From Phoronis australis (Eukaryota > Animalia > Phoronida), in the NCBI GenBank assembly GCA_002633005.1, contig NMRA01000473.1, positions 130,391 through 194,390 of the forward strand: a stretch of 64,000 nucleotides of DNA, read 5' to 3'. The notes below the pieces were generated by a model. That model worked only from the letters and a program-made list of their open reading frames with translations. It was not told where the DNA came from and did no database searches. Each line of letters begins with the position of its first letter. Position 1 is the first letter of the stretch. The position numbers and the translations under genes are program-made. Positions 12,289 to 25,975 of this stretch are shown here, in pieces.

Positions 12289-12724
12289 CTAGTGAAAAAA
12301 CGAGATAACGCACAAGTAATATTGCATCAAAAAATACCAAAAGCAAAGTAAAGCGTTGAAATGTGACCAAAAAAGGTCAAGTATTTTAAAGTGAACAAGT
12401 TTTAGTGATTTGCAGCAAATCGTTTTCGACACAAAACTCGTTCTTAAAAACATTGGCAGCTTTCAACATAGTTTATATTTACATCGTCATTATATGTTGT
12501 GCTTCTAACTAATTTGACCAAGCAATCACAGATATAAGGAGTTAGCGTGCAAGTTTCACTTTAAAGACAACTGAAAGCTAGACTAGATATCGTTTACAAG
12601 GAAATGATAAACTCCTAAGAAGTCATTATTTACTACTAAACGACGTTAAAATGGCTTCTGCAACTAGCACTTTAAAATGATGCATGAATATATGTAATGT
12701 CTTTAGCACAACTGATAGTCCTTC

Positions 12725-13620
12725 AGATGAGTAGGTCATCTGGGGACATGTCGGGAGCGAGTGGTAGGTCATCTGGGGACACGTCGGGAGCGAGTGGTAG
12801 GTCAACTGGAGACACGTCAGGAGCGAGTGGTTTTCAGGTTTTCAAACCGAGATGTAACTGAGTTAGGGTATTCATCCATTGTAGACTGAGTTGCACATTG
12901 GTGCTCAGCAGTGGACAATCTAGGAGAACTCGGATTTGACGTTTCCGTTTGTTGTGGCACTGAGTCCGGAAGATGTATACGATTTCGTCGACAGACTCTA
13001 CCATCAACATCGTTCAAGTAGGAGCAACTTTCTGGCAACACCTTAAACCCAGTTGGAGTGGTTAGTTTGAGGGTGGCCCTTCGTTCGTATACATTGACCA
13101 ACTAAGAGCTCTGGCATGTTGAGCAAAATGCTGTTTCGCTTCCCGTCTGCGTTGTACATGTATCAACTCATCCCTGACATGATGTTGTAGCTGTGGATGA
13201 TACAGTTCCGCACGAAATGGCAAAAAAGAACGTGTTCTCCTTGACATCACTCGTTCAACCGGTGAAGTTGTCGTGCCAGGTGTAACTGTGTTCCTCCACT
13301 CAGGAAGAGCTTTCCAGAGATCTCCACCAGTCTGTAAGGTCTCGAGAACTAGTCACCTTCACGGCGGCTTCATTTTGGCTATCAATGTCTCTGGTGATAA
13401 ATCTGTGACATCGATAAAATCAGAAAAAAACTTCTACTACGACAGCGTCCTTCAACTTCAAAACTGTCGCTGTCGACATCTTCCCATTGATAGTGCGGCA
13501 CAGAGTGGGTCATCAGTGGCTCTTTTGTCAGTACTGGAGCAGCTTTTTGGCTCATAAAACCAAGATGCGATGTGTGAGCTCTGACATCATAGTCTGTCGT
13601 AGTACGTAATGCAAATTTGA
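12725..13620 (-). mobile_element. Gypsy/Ty3 LTR retrotransposon integrase remnant
   Basis: Frameshifted motifs YQWEDVDSDSFEVEG, NEAAVK, DLWKALPEWRNTVTPGTTTSPVERVMSRRTRSFLP, VDGRVCRRNRIHL and terminal TTRS. Confidence 0.85.
12731..12830. repeat. 33-bp tandem repeat x3
   Basis: GTAGGTCATCTGGGGACAYGTCGGGAGCGAGTG repeated three times. Confidence 0.9.
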
Positions 13621-14205
13621 TATGCTCACTCATCATACTGAACTGCTATTTTCTGACATTGGTCTAATTGCTAAGATAGGAAGTTATAGGATCTCTGTCT
13701 ATTGTTAACACAGTAAAACTTGCACAACTCCGATTTAACTGAACCAAGTTATTCAGCCTAAATAAGGAAAATCTGCCTGATGTGACTGATGGGCTGAGTG
13801 TATGATTTCGAAGTTTTTTACTGGGCTGTGGAATACTAGAATGTTGCAGAAGTTTGCGATATTCAGACTTCAGATTCAGTGCAAGTTCCATTGGTTTTGC
13901 TAAAATCAGATTTTTCAGCGTCATGGTGAAAGTGATAGCTAATCTGGGTGCAACTTGACCTATGTGAGAGTTTTGTATGGACTGACTGGAATGATTTCCC
14001 CATAACAGGAGGGGTGTGTTCCTTTTTCATCGAAACACTTGCTTGGAACCTCAATCTAATATCTTTGCAAATGTCAGCCAGTTAAGTGATTGGTTGGAGT
14101 ACAGGAGACAGTATTTTTATTTTTACTGTACAGGAAATAATTTTATTTTTACTATAATCTATTATGTTTACATAAAACCCCTCGTTAAGACCATGCCGGT
14201 ATCTT

Positions 14206-14362
14206 TGGTGGCGGATTCAGAGGGGGGCCAAGGGGGCCATGCCCCCTTCCAAAATTCTCCCAGATTCCATTTGGCAGTGGGGCGTGCGAATGTCTGACGG
14301 GCGAAATCAAGGCTAATAGTCTACCCTGACCCTCCTAACTCAAATTCCTGGATCCGCCCCTG
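14206..14362. mobile_element. Short hAT-like MITE
   Basis: Ends TGGTGGCGGATTCAG / CTGGATCCGCCCCTG (CAGGGGCGGATCCAG-type TIR) with internal GGGGGGCCAAGGGGGCCATGCCCC. No clean TSD. Confidence 0.65.
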
Positions 14363-16383
14363 TTCTTTACATGGATAACATTCCCTGTAAATGCGTTATG
14401 CCTGCATTGTTAAGAAGCTGTAACATACTGTTGTGTTTGCTAATATCCCCTCATTGTTTCAGGTCTCTATTAACTTGGCGGAGTACTTGGAAGAACTAGA
14501 CATCCAAACATAGACATCAAAACAACCACCGCAGGGGTAGTATTGGCCTGTCTACACCACATGGCAGGTAGAGCTTCATATGTTTCATTGTTTAGTTAAA
14601 ATAGTGCTGCTACCAGGGTTTGAATTTGAAAAATATGAAAAATGTCCTTGGTTTAGCCAATCCGCTTAAAAATGTCATTGGTTTAGCCAACCCGCTTATA
14701 AGCTTTAACAAGCTCACAGATTCTTGTTCAAGCCAGCGTAAAGCTTCTTGGTTTTGCAATAAGTTTCAAAATGTATACGCTAAAGTATGCATGTGTGATT
14801 AAACTTTCATTTCTAACCCGGGTTGTGCCTGTTGAATGTCCATGTAACATTAGTAATGAGACATTTCAGGGCTATGCTCAAGATTGCTAGTTAGAATACG
14901 ACTAGCGCTGCTCATTGTGTAGAGTTGTGCATTGCCGTATCAGGCTAACCACGTAAACTGAGAAATGTTCATAAAAACAATGGGAATTGTAGTTTATTGC
15001 AGTTGCCAACAGTTTCATCATCTGATCATTATAATCCTTAGATTCTCATAGACGTTGAAATGAAAAGTTACAAAATACGTTACCTGGTTAGCCTGAAGTC
15101 CAACTTTTATTAACACATTAAGTTTTGTTATAGGTATGGTTTGCTCTAGATTTGATTGCATGCTAGGTTACCATGTGCATGTTTTGTGCTCAAGTTGTTT
15201 AAAATAAATTTGTTTTGTATGTGTTAGTAGTGAATTCAGGATTAAATTTTCAAACTCCATTCAAAACAACTGGAAAACTGACCCACTGGTTGTATGCTTG
15301 GAGTAAACTTGAACACTTGTACCTGAAACCTGGAGAGTGGATGGTTAAGCTTGAGTTTGAAGACTTTTTCTAGGCTCTGTATATAAGTCAGTAAGTGCGT
15401 GTAAGTTTTACAAATCAGTGTTGTATAAACAGCTCAATAAATATCCAGCAAGTTAACTTGTCTTATATTTATAGCTTTTGCCCGTATGTTACTAAATTTT
15501 AGTGTCTTTGTTGCAGAAGTTGGCTTTAACAATCGTTGGATAAGGACGACCACCCAGTACCCAGACAACACAACGTACGCACTTATGAACTGTAGTTCAC
15601 GAACCTATGAATTCAGTTATCTGATCTCAGAAACATGCGTTTGTAGTCACAAAACATGGATTATTTGCCTATGAAGATAAGCAAGCAGATGCAGCTAAAG
15701 AAGATTAAGTGGCTTGAGGTTCAATTGCTTTAAATTAAAGGAAAAGGAATGACTTTGTAATCAAATGTCTAAATTACTTTTAGTGAAGCTGGAGTGTTGC
15801 TATGATTGTCAACCAAAATGAAACTTTGACTTTTAAACTGATATTTTAAACGTTTGAAAACCGTGATAGGTAATTCTAGGGCACTATTTCTAGCCTAAGG
15901 ATTGTACTTCCCCAAATCACACCTGTGACCATTGCCGATAAACTTTCAGAGACCTGTTACGTTTTATTTTATGCTCTTGTCTCTGGGGATGTTCTTGATT
16001 GTGTTTCATGATTTGACATTCTGTTTAAATCCCTCAATTCTCGCATATTGTCATAGACTGAGAAAGATGCATGTATGAATATATTATTTGCCTGATTTAG
16101 TTTTCACTGCATTTTATTTATGACTGTTGATGAACTTATTTTTGAAATGTTTCTGGTTTTTGAAGTTCTTGCATTATTTCCACTTATTATAAGGAACTAG
16201 TATTTTTTGAGGAAGTGCATTTTATTTTCTGCAATAAGCCATTGCTAATGAAATGTTAGTAGAACTCTATATTTTTGTTAAATGATGTATGAAAATCATT
16301 AAATTCATTACTGTACTCCACTCTTGTTTTTAGTGAAAATCGTATTTTCTGAATGGCTGTCTAATTGAAACTTATTGCTCTTG

Positions 16384-16713
16384 GAAAACTTCAGTTTTCA
16401 AAAGTTAGTTCTTTGATAACTTACATTTGTACCTAAAAACTTGTTCCAAAATTTAATTTTTTGGAACAAATTTAAGCATTCGAAACTTAAGTTTTTAGAA
16501 CTTAAGTTTTAGAAATTAAGTTTTTGAAAAGCTTAAATTTTTACTTACGTTTTTTAAAACTTAAGTTATGAAAACTTAAGTTCGTTCCAAGTAACTTGTT
16601 CCAAAATACTTAAGTTTTTGCCAAAAACTAAAGTTTTTGTGAATGAAAACTTAAGTTTTTGCAGACTAAAAACGTAAGTTTTTCAATGAAAACTTAAGTT
16701 CATTTTGTAAGGG
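16384..16713. repeat. Array of palindromic AAAACTTAAGTTTT units with defined terminus (copy 1)
   Basis: Many degenerate units. Ends AACTTAAGTTCATTTTGTAAGGG, as at 27457. Confidence 0.8.
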
Positions 16714-16714
16714 T

Positions 16715-17700
16715 TAACATATGCTGCTACTTGCTATCATGGAGAATTTTCGAAAACAAGGTGAAGTACAAGCTACCAAGTGTTGCTTACATGGGCCATT
16801 TTCTCTGTGCTGATGGTATCACGGCAAATCCATAGAAAGTAAAAGCAATTAAAAATATGTCAACGCCTGCAGACGCAGCTGGTGTACAAAGTCTCATCGG
16901 TATGGTTATGTACCTGTCTAAATTCCTGACACAACTGAGTGCAGTTTGTAAACCGATGCGACGACTCACGCACCACGATACACCTTTCACTTGGCAGCAA
17001 GAGCACGGTGAAGCACTACGTCAAATCAAAGCTACGTTGACTCGTGCACCAATTCTGAGTACTATGATGTGACAAAAGATAATAAAATTGAGCACGACAG
17101 TTCAGATGTTGGCCTTGGAGCTGACCTTACACAAGAAGGCCACCCAGTAACCTACGCATCTCGAACATGAACTCTCACAGAACTCAACTACTCACAGCTT
17201 GAAAAAGAATGCTTAGCTATCGTCATCGCGACTAAACGCCTTAAGCAGTACATCTTAGGCAAGGACAACGTTTTGGTGTAAAGTGATCACAAACCGTTGA
17301 AGAATACTTTCCCAAAGCCAGTCTTCTCGAGTCCGAAACGTCTCCAACGTAGGCATCTACGTCTTCAAAAGTTCTCTCTTCAAGTTATGTACAAAGATGA
17401 TTCAGTATGTTTGTTATTGACACATTATCTAGAGTATATTTTCCCAATAAAGACTTCCACCAAGAAACTGACCCTTATTACATATGCTACCTCCAGGATG
17501 CGAAAGCATTTCGTTACAGCCTATCACGGAACGGATAAACTTGGCAGACAAGTTGTTCGTCTCGAGAAAATCTGCGTTGAATCCATTCGAGACACCACAA
17601 TTATGACATGATATCTCAAGGATGGCCAAAGGACGAGTCTGCTGTACCAATATGTCTTCGCGATACCTGTTGTCGACTCGGAATGGTCACGTGTTCGGTG
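16715..17700 (+). mobile_element. Gypsy/Ty3 RT C-terminus-RNase H remnant
   Basis: VAYMGH, KVKAIKNMSTP, VQSLIGMVMYLSKF, DSSDVGLGA, PVTYASRT, NYSQLEKECLAI, SDHKPL and PKRLQR motifs, with stops and frameshifts. Confidence 0.92.
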
Positions 17701-18284
17701 GTACAACACCAGTCTTATAGATGCCAGTCTTAGTGCATAGCTTTGTGTTTAGCATACCTACCAGTGAAGCTTAATCCACCACTTTCGGCAGGTACCCCTT
17801 CTGTCTAACTCAGAAATCATGTTTGTAAATATTTCAGTTCAAGCGACTCCCTGTTGGTCAATTTATAATCTAGCAAGCAATGCGATTGGTCTACTTATTT
17901 TACCTCTTTGAGTAAAACGTTTTATGACAAAGTCAAATAGTCAAATGAAAAAATAGAGTTCTTGCAGCCACTACTATTCATCAAAGTGATTCTGACTTGA
18001 CTCCGGGAAAATTAGGATGACATACAGTGTTGCAGATAAAGTCGCTGTGAAAGTAACCACCGACGCCATGGACTTCTTGGCTTCCATCCTAGTTTTACAC
18101 GTAACTATTTTACAAAGTATTTGAGAGTCTTAACGAAGTGAAAGCATTCTGCTGCCTCAGCAAGTTATTCACTAGTATTTCACAAACTGGGCTCTCAGTT
18201 CCCCTTCAGAAAGCGGGTTAGCAGCAAGCTCTCATGGAATTCTAAACGGGAAATACACTGTTGGAAATAAAATGCCAAGCTCCT

Positions 18285-18545
18285 ATTCATGGTCTACCGT
18301 ACATTAACTCGCATCATCAAATAAATATGATGTTGTGTTTAACAATACCAAGTTCCTATTATTGGTCTACCCCGGCATCATCAAATAAATATGATGTGTT
18401 CAACAATACCAAGTTCCTATTCATGGTCTGCCTTGCATTACTTGATATCATCAAATAAATATGATGTCGTGTTCAACAATGCCAAGTTCATATTCATGGT
18501 TTACCTTACATTAATTCGTATCATGGTGTTGTGTTTAACAATGAT
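18285..18545. repeat. ~60-70-bp tandem repeat, about 4 copies
   Basis: Recurring CATCAAATAAATATGATGT..TTCAACAATRCCAAGTTCCTATTCATGGTCT. Confidence 0.8.
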
Positions 18546-18569
18546 GCTGCTGATGTCAAATGCAAAAAT

Positions 18570-19075
18570 AACCGTGTTTTGTCCTGGAGTTTTGAGAAAG
18601 CAAAACTAGTTTTGTACAGAACTAACAATGGCCATAACGTAGCTGTACTATACATTGAATAAGTTATGTTGAGCAAACTGTTGCACAATTGCACACAGTT
18701 TACTTTAATAAATTTCTTAAACGCCTGGTAGATGAAGTTGAGGCTAAGAAGGTTGAATTTTGTAAAGCATTTTTCCACCGCTTGAAGTACTTTCAAATGT
18801 TTTTCCAAGCTTACAACATTTGAACCATGCGTTGCTTCATATACTCCTGTGCTATGAATTGCAATTTCAACTTTCCCCACAGAAAACAGTTGTTACCACT
18901 TGGAATGGGCAAGATACTGTTAGTCCATGACTTCCAAATGTTGATTTGTGATCAGATCAGCACAAAGGTTCACAAGTCCAGCAAAGGCAATCAAGTAGTT
19001 ATCCATGGAGTTTATGCTTGACACTGGAATAATGGTACTCAATTTTTTAAAAACTTTAAGTCTTCCTATTGTCAA
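18570..19075 (-). mobile_element. ISL2EU/Harbinger remnant (transposase 3' end and YqaJ 3' end), inverted relative to 19825-20110
   Basis: Shares GTTGAGCAAACTGTTGCAC, GGATAACTACTTGATT, GTGCTGATCTGATCA and TTGCCCATTCCAAGTGGTAAC blocks in reverse orientation. Confidence 0.7.
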
Positions 19076-19154
19076 ATAAACAACACAAGCAGACACACCA
19101 GCTGAGATGGCTAGTTTATCTGTACTGACTCCTGTTTATCTGACATGTGTGTAA

Positions 19155-19372
19155 TGGCTTGACCTCAATATGGCGCTCCCCAAAAATACAGGTGTTTCCG
19201 TAATGGAATCTGTTACTGGTGAGAGTTCACTTGGATACATTGTGACCTATTCCAGGGCTATTCCAGTCAGAGTACTAGACAGTGGCGGAATGTCCTTTCG
19301 TGGAATTCAATAGACAGATTCCATTGCGGAAACTGCCGAATTCCTAGGGAGCGTCATATTGAGGTCAGGCCC
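19155..19372. mobile_element. Harbinger-like MITE
   Basis: TIRs GGCTTGACCTCAATATGGCGCTCCC / GGGAGCGTCATATTGAGGTCAGGCC plus inner TTTCCGTAATGGAATCTG / CAGATTCCATTGCGGAAA. Flanked by TAA/TTA. Confidence 0.75.
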
Positions 19373-19479
19373 TTACTGGCATGCTAGACTAAACACTCAG
19401 CACAGCCGGTGTCTAAAACCAGCCTTCTGAGCTGGTGTGCATGCTTGTGTTTTGTATTTGGTAGCAGATCAGCTGATTT

Positions 19480-19965
19480 GAAATCATTGATAGGGGGTGA
19501 AACCTAAAGCCAGTACAAATCACACAATACTGCAAAGTATATGGTTGCAATTGCACCAAAATGGGAACACCATGTAAGTATCTAAAGCATTTGGGGCGCA
19601 GGGGAGTGACAAATACATTGTTCAAAAATCTGGATTTCTGAAATATCTTTTATCCAAAGACAAAGTTATGGCAGATAGAGGTTTTATTATTGATGAACTC
19701 CTGTTTCCAAGACGAGTTAAGTTAAACATACCAGATTTCACCAAAGGCAAGTCACACCTTAGTAAAAAAGGTCTGCCAAAACATGGCGCATTTCACAAGT
19801 AAGAATCCATTTGGAGCGAGCAATACGGAGACTTAATAGTTTTCAAAATTTTGAGTAATTCCAGTGTATAGCACAGAATCAGTGGATAACTACTTGATTT
19901 TCTGTGTGGGCTTGTGAACCTACGTGCTGATCTGATCAGAGATCAAAATTTGGAAGACATAGACT
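19480..19965 (+). pseudogene. PIF/Harbinger-ISL2EU DDE transposase (DDE_Tnp_4) remnant
   Basis: YKSHNTAKYMVAIAP, SKAFGAQGSDKYIVQKSGFL, DKVMADRGFIIDELL, LNIPDFTKGK and ISQVRIHLERAIRRL, with frameshifts. Confidence 0.88.
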
Positions 19966-21269
19966 AACTTCCGGAGTTTTTAAGTTGCCCATTCCAAGTG
20001 GTAACATGCACTGTTTCAAGAAATTTCTGAAAGTAAAATATACGCAACCGTGCAACAGTTTGCTCAACAAAGCTTTCACTGTGTAGCACATCTAAGTCAT
20101 TGTCACGAACTTTAAAATTAATAAGTCCAGTACAAAACATGGTTGTTGATACCATTTTTAAATGGACTGCTTGATGTGGGTATCACCAGGACAGTAATGT
20201 GGTGCAAGTGAACTAAGTGACTCACGAAAACAATCTATAATAACAGTTGTTAAGATTGTTTTAGTGATTCACTAAGGACAACTAATGGAAATCATACAAA
20301 ATTTATCACAATGTTGCAATATTAGGAAATGGTTATTTGGCTCTGGGATATTCTGTGAACTCTGTGTCATCCTGTTAAGAACGTGTGTGGATAGATTCCA
20401 GGGGACAGTTCAGCCTCAAGAAAGTAAACGAATCATAACAGTACATGGCCAACGCTGGAGCAGATCCATTTGAAATAATTAAAACCCAAGTTTGAATAAT
20501 AAACAAACAACACATTCATGTCAGATCACATATTTAACACAGACCTTATACAACCCAAGAATATGACTTTGAATAGCTCACTACCATGCTGAACAGCTGT
20601 GCTGTTTTTGTTTTGAGCATTCGTGTAATGGCTGACTTTGGTATATGGCTGTTATGTAAACTATAGTACGAAGTTACACGATCTCTGTCTATAATCTAGA
20701 TCCTCCCAAGAAACCTGAGCAATCGGTCATAATAGGCAATCAAAACTAAATGACGAAAAATTTATCCAGATCACTACTATAGTTACATTGTCAGAGGTGG
20801 TGATTCCAAATTTTGAGAATCAGGCAATTGAAACTTACAAATTGTTGACCTTTACCAAAATGAGATTTCAAAATCATTACCTACCAAGAATTACTACGAA
20901 CACAGAGACATAGGCACACATAACCAATGCCAATATAGCCAACATACGAAATGACTACATTTTGATGCTCACGGACACAACTTCAAAGGCCACAGAAATG
21001 TATATAATAGAATACTAGCGCGAACGTTATGTCTTACTCATGGACGTGCGATTGTATTACACGTTAGAATAATAAGATTAGATAATCCACACACAGTGCA
21101 TGTCGGCATGTGACAGCGTGACTGGCTGACAATTAACAATTGAACTTTCCATGTTTGATATCAATCACAGCAGCAATTTTGGCCAATGGGGCTATTCGGA
21201 AAATTTACGTTAACTAGAGGGCGCGCATGTACTAGTGGTGATAGATTAAGCAGCCTCGATTTCGCTAGC

Positions 21270-23040
21270 ACATGGTGAAATGGCTTGCATCCGTGCCACC
21301 TGAATCTGAGATTGTGTAAAAAGGGTGCTTCTATGAGAGGAAGTAAGCACGACCTTATACAAAGGCAAGGTTTGTGATTATTTTAATGATTATTCCATGT
21401 TTATTCTACTGATGCCTGTTAACTGCGGTACTCGCCGATGTCGACTTGTTGTGCTGGTGTTATGATACTTGACATAGCACTCGGGATCTTTTCGTACATC
21501 AAAGCAGTATTATTGTTTGGAATGATTTCTAACAGGTTTATCAGTGACAGTTACATCAATCAATGCTGAATGTTTATGCTGTCAACTCAATATTGGTTAG
21601 TGAGTTAAGATTACAGGCCAATGGCAAAGGGTACGTGACAAATACCCATCAGACCATTTGTTTACTCCCTATCCTATGTCTTCCGGAAATCTATTACACG
21701 TTGAAATGGTAATCTATCATGTCTGTTTTCACGTGACCTTTGTATTTTAGGTTTGAGGGCTTGTACCGTGCAAAGGAGATATGCAGCGCTTCTGCACCGT
21801 CCCAGAATGGACAAAAATTAGTTTTTACTAAGCATTTGACTGCAGCTAACCAGCAAGATCTTCCCATACAGTGCAGATCTGTTGTCAATGCCTACTTTCT
21901 ATATCGGAGACAACAAACAAAGCCTTTGAAAAGCAATAGCTATTTTTAAAGAATGGTATTTAAGTCTTTTTGTTAATTTATTTATTCAGGTCCTTAGCGG
22001 GTGATTGGCATAGGGGGTGGGGTTGTAAAATTTGGTGCAACTGGTGTGTGGAAATAACAGGTAATTGTGTCTGGGGGAAAGAGAAATGTGAGGTAATTCT
22101 TAACCTTCATGAACTTCCTTCAAGTTTATTTCATGAAACTGTTTTGCTATCAATTGTAAACCCCTAAAAATATTTTACATTTTCTGAATTCTCAGTGACT
22201 GAATAGTCCAAACTCATGCCTAGAAATGTTGCAAGTGGATTATAAATTCAAATGACTGCTATTTTTTGTGAAAATTGCATTTTTGATGGTGCCTTAAGGT
22301 TTGTAATTACTCTTAAACAACAGAAAGACAAGTGATGCGTTTAAAGAATTTTTATGGCTACGAATGAAAAATAAAGACGCATTTTTATACAATACTTATT
22401 ATATACACCATTGCTTTCTGAAAATAGTAATTATTTAATTTTGTGTGAAATTGTAGAGCAGACACCATATCATATTTTTGAAAAACACGGTAGCATGTTG
22501 GACCCAACCTGAAGTACTTAATTATTCGTGACAATTTAAGGCCACTTCAAGCCGCAACATAGACAAGCTTAGTTACTCCTTTCTCTTCCCACAGCATTTC
22601 CACACCCCAGCAGTGCTGCATGGCACAATGTACAAGTCAATGGCCCTAGAGAAATGTGAACCGCAGTACTAAGTTAAGCATAAGACAATGTGCCAGTGGA
22701 TAGTGGATTGTTTTTGCATGAAGAGGAACTATATTTGACTGCTACACAAGTCAGTCTCGTTGGTGAGGATACCCTTTCATAGGCAATGAGTCATGTGCGG
22801 ACAATAGCATATTTCCTTTCTTAGAAGAAACATGAGGGACTGAAGCTAAAGAAGACTTAGTGACAGTCCGGTACAGTTCAGGGTCATATTTTGGGCACAA
22901 AACGAGTCAAGTGATATGCTGTTGTGTTTACCTTCAAGGATCTAATTGTGGATGTTATTGAGACTGAATGAGGTTACATGAAGGAAAGCCACGTGCCGAG
23001 ACTGGACCTTTGTTACAAGCGCTTCTATAGGCCATTGAAA
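21270..23040 (+). pseudogene. SAP-domain + YqaJ (lambda-exonuclease-like) gene remnant of the ISL2EU element
   Basis: SAP-like LRLCKKGASMRGSKHDLIQR, intron, then RFEGLY. Later FHTPAVLHGTMYKSMAL, PVDSGLFLHEEELYLTATQVSLVGED and VQGHILGTKR..VVFTFKDL..VPRLDLCYKRF. Many stops and deletions. Confidence 0.75.
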
Positions 23041-23232
23041 CTAGATCCCAGTGAAAAAAAAAACAAAAGCATCTGTTATAAATACCTGTCCTTTCTCACT
23101 GAGTGACATTAACTTTTCCTTTCAGAAGAAAGGCTTTATACTAATGGCTAGAAACTTTTCAGTTTGGTACATATTATGGGGAAACGACATTCAGTGACTG
23201 CATCGATTGTCTTATTGTCAGTAGAAAGCCCG

Positions 23233-23941
23233 TTAAGGTTATCTCCAACCTTATTTAGTTGCCTCCATTGTAACTCGTAGATCAAAAAAACTAAGCTTTG
23301 TCAACTAGTAAAAGTATATATTTTCTGAAAGAACAAAGACCAGGAAATATAAATATACTTTTTGTATTAACGTTCCATTATTATTTTTACGTAAAAACCT
23401 TTCTAAGTCAAAATTTCATTTTTAAGAAAGGTACATTCATTGCAAAATAACCCCTCGGTCGATTTTAATGAAACCTTTTTCAAATAAAAATTTCACCAGT
23501 TACCTCAAAAAAATTAGGAATTTTCGATTAGTCGGTTCGTTTGGTTTCTATGACAAATCAACGCGCAAAACGTATGGTATTTTTGAAAAAAAATTGAAGT
23601 CGCTATTCGTCTTTGGCATATTACGCAAAAGCTAGACCTTTATATCAAATATTCTAACAGGGTTTTTGAGATTGATGACTAAATATTGAGTATGGAAAGT
23701 GTCAGCGAAATCCATCAAGCCGTTTTTGAGAACTAGTGTTCCTAAGTTCAACTAAAGTGGAGTTGCCAAAACCGAGAAAAAGCCGATTAAACTGGGACAA
23801 GTGAAAATCTCAAAGTCTTCGGTTAAATATTCGGTGAAAACTTGTTTTCGGTACACATAACATATACAATCCTTAACTGTGTTAGCTATTTAAACGTTCA
23901 TTCGCAATGTCAACTGATTTTGCAGTGCGTAACTAACTTAA
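23233..23941. mobile_element. Possible TTAA-flanked (Kolobok-like) non-autonomous insertion nested in the ISL2EU element
   Basis: Begins TTAAGGTTA and ends TAACTAACTTAA. AT-rich non-coding body interrupting the coding remnants. Weak TIR. Confidence 0.35.
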
Positions 23942-25214
23942 TTATCATTAAAACCTCAAATAGACGTATCGTTCCCAGCCAACGTATACTGTTGCTTACG
24001 TCCTACTTTCTAAGTAGGCCACAGTGCATAGCCTGTACACGTCACGTGTTGGGAGAATGGTACGAAACTAAGTAAGAAATGGATTACAAAAACCGAATCG
24101 GTGGTTAAAGTATGTCGTTAGCATGAGATCGAAACATCGAAAAGTCAACTTATTAATTGAATTAAGGAATTAGGGTGAGGATTTATCTCTTTTCGCAACT
24201 TTCTGGGTTCATGACCACAGCGGCCTGAAGCGATTCGTACTGGCAATCGTTTTCAACGCCAACGGTCGTATGCATGTAGACGCACAACTCCCTACTACGT
24301 TTTGTCTTTGTTTTCCTCGGCGCCATTCTATCATAACTACACCTCGTTGGCTCAATGTTATGGCGACTTTGTGAATGAAAGGGCTGAGGGTATACGAAGC
24401 TGTTCTGTACCTGGCGGAAGATTCGATTTAATTGAAAGCCCTTTAACCTTTAAGCTTGGATAAATAGTAAACGAATATCCACGCGGATGTGCGGTTACAA
24501 GGTGGTTCTGCTAACTCTTTTTTTCTCGCTACGCGGTATATATTTTGTATTTGAAGTTCCCCGAGAATGAAGATAATGTATTTTTCTAGACACAAGTGAA
24601 ATGTTGTAAAAACGGCCAATTTTTGTGAATAAGGTTGGAGATATGTTACACTTCGATGATCGATAAATTTTTCATCAACAGGCGAGTTTGTCACTAATTA
24701 TTGAAACCACAATATTGCTTCAGTTTTAAAGCCCCATACAGTGCAGCTGTGCTTATTCTTTGTAAAGCTGAAATGATTACCGAATACGCTTGCGACTTGT
24801 CATTTTCCTGTTGACCTATAGAAATGTGCAGCGAATTTCTCTTTGTTTGCATTTGATTTGTTTGTGTGTGTAATTATTTTTAGAGCTTTCTTAAGAAGGC
24901 CTTTGAACAATTTTAAGTTTGATGTTAACTTGCCTCCTGAACAAAAGTTCTACATGCAAGAAATGTATGTTTTCAATTGTAGCTAGCTGGATAAGAATCT
25001 GCTATGCACAAGATTCGAGAATAAACAATTATCAGTGTACTTAAAAACAAAATGGCAAACTGAACAACCTCATACATACAAAGAAACAACATTGTTAAAA
25101 ACAATTGTAATTTTCTCAATGCAACGGAGTCCATAATCAGGCACATCAAGGGCTGACTTTCTGAATTAGGTTAATTCTCTCAGCTTATTGCTGAAGGATT
25201 GCTTTTCACTTTGT

Positions 25215-25975
25215 CCAAAGGTAAAATAGAAGGTCAGGCGGCTGGTTTCAGTCGTTTTCTCTCCCCTGTAACAGAATAGTCAGAGAAATATTAGACGTTT
25301 CATCTTCATGACACCTAAAATGTGCTTCTGATCTTCAAAAGTAAAATTCATTCTAGGTGTCAATTTTTATGCCAATGCGATGTTAAGACATTTACTGAAT
25401 AGCTTATTCATGTTAATTCAGTAACTAATCTTGTAGTCCTTGGGTTGGGGTCCGCTATGAAATAAGGAAACTCAATCATCTAGAGAATTTTATTGGGCAC
25501 AGTATAGTTTTTAAGCGAAACTGCTGTGAAAAAGTCAACCTTGAGTTCTGAGCGTCACGTACCATACACCTCTCATATTGGGCGCACTCCCACTCAGGAC
25601 AATATGTGAATATGTGCTGCTAGCCTACCCGGCATCCGAGTCCAGGGTGAGTTTCCAAATAGAAACACTTAGTTCCACTCAATAAACCCGTTATTCAGTG
25701 GGGTAACAGGTGGGGATAACATCACCGAACGATGTCGATAGAAACTGATTGCTAAAAACTTACCAAGTAACGTTGCGTTGTGTAGTATCCCAATGGAAAT
25801 GCATAGAGCACACACGGGGCTTCGGCATCCACACACTTTTTGTCAGTTGGTTGACCCTTTTGACCGCAATTCTCCACGAATGTAGTAACCTTAGGTCTTT
25901 TGGGAATTTGTGGCCACCTGTCGAAGACTAGCACCACGGAAAATAGCAATAATAAGGCTTAGCGGGACGACGCAT
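25215..25975 (-). pseudogene. Intron-split THAP zinc-finger N-terminus of the ISL2EU transposase
   Basis: MRRPAKPYYCYFPWC*SSTGGHKFPKDLRLLHSWRIAVKR..VWMPKPRVCSMHF, donor gtaagt near 25763, acceptor ttctgttacag near 25267, then ERKRLKPAA*PSI (AVPTIF box). Confidence 0.8.

Noticed and set aside
25752-25949. ORF resembling a fibronectin type II exon of the host gene
   Set aside because: Another frame gives a much clearer THAP domain, and the donor phase does not fit the host gene.
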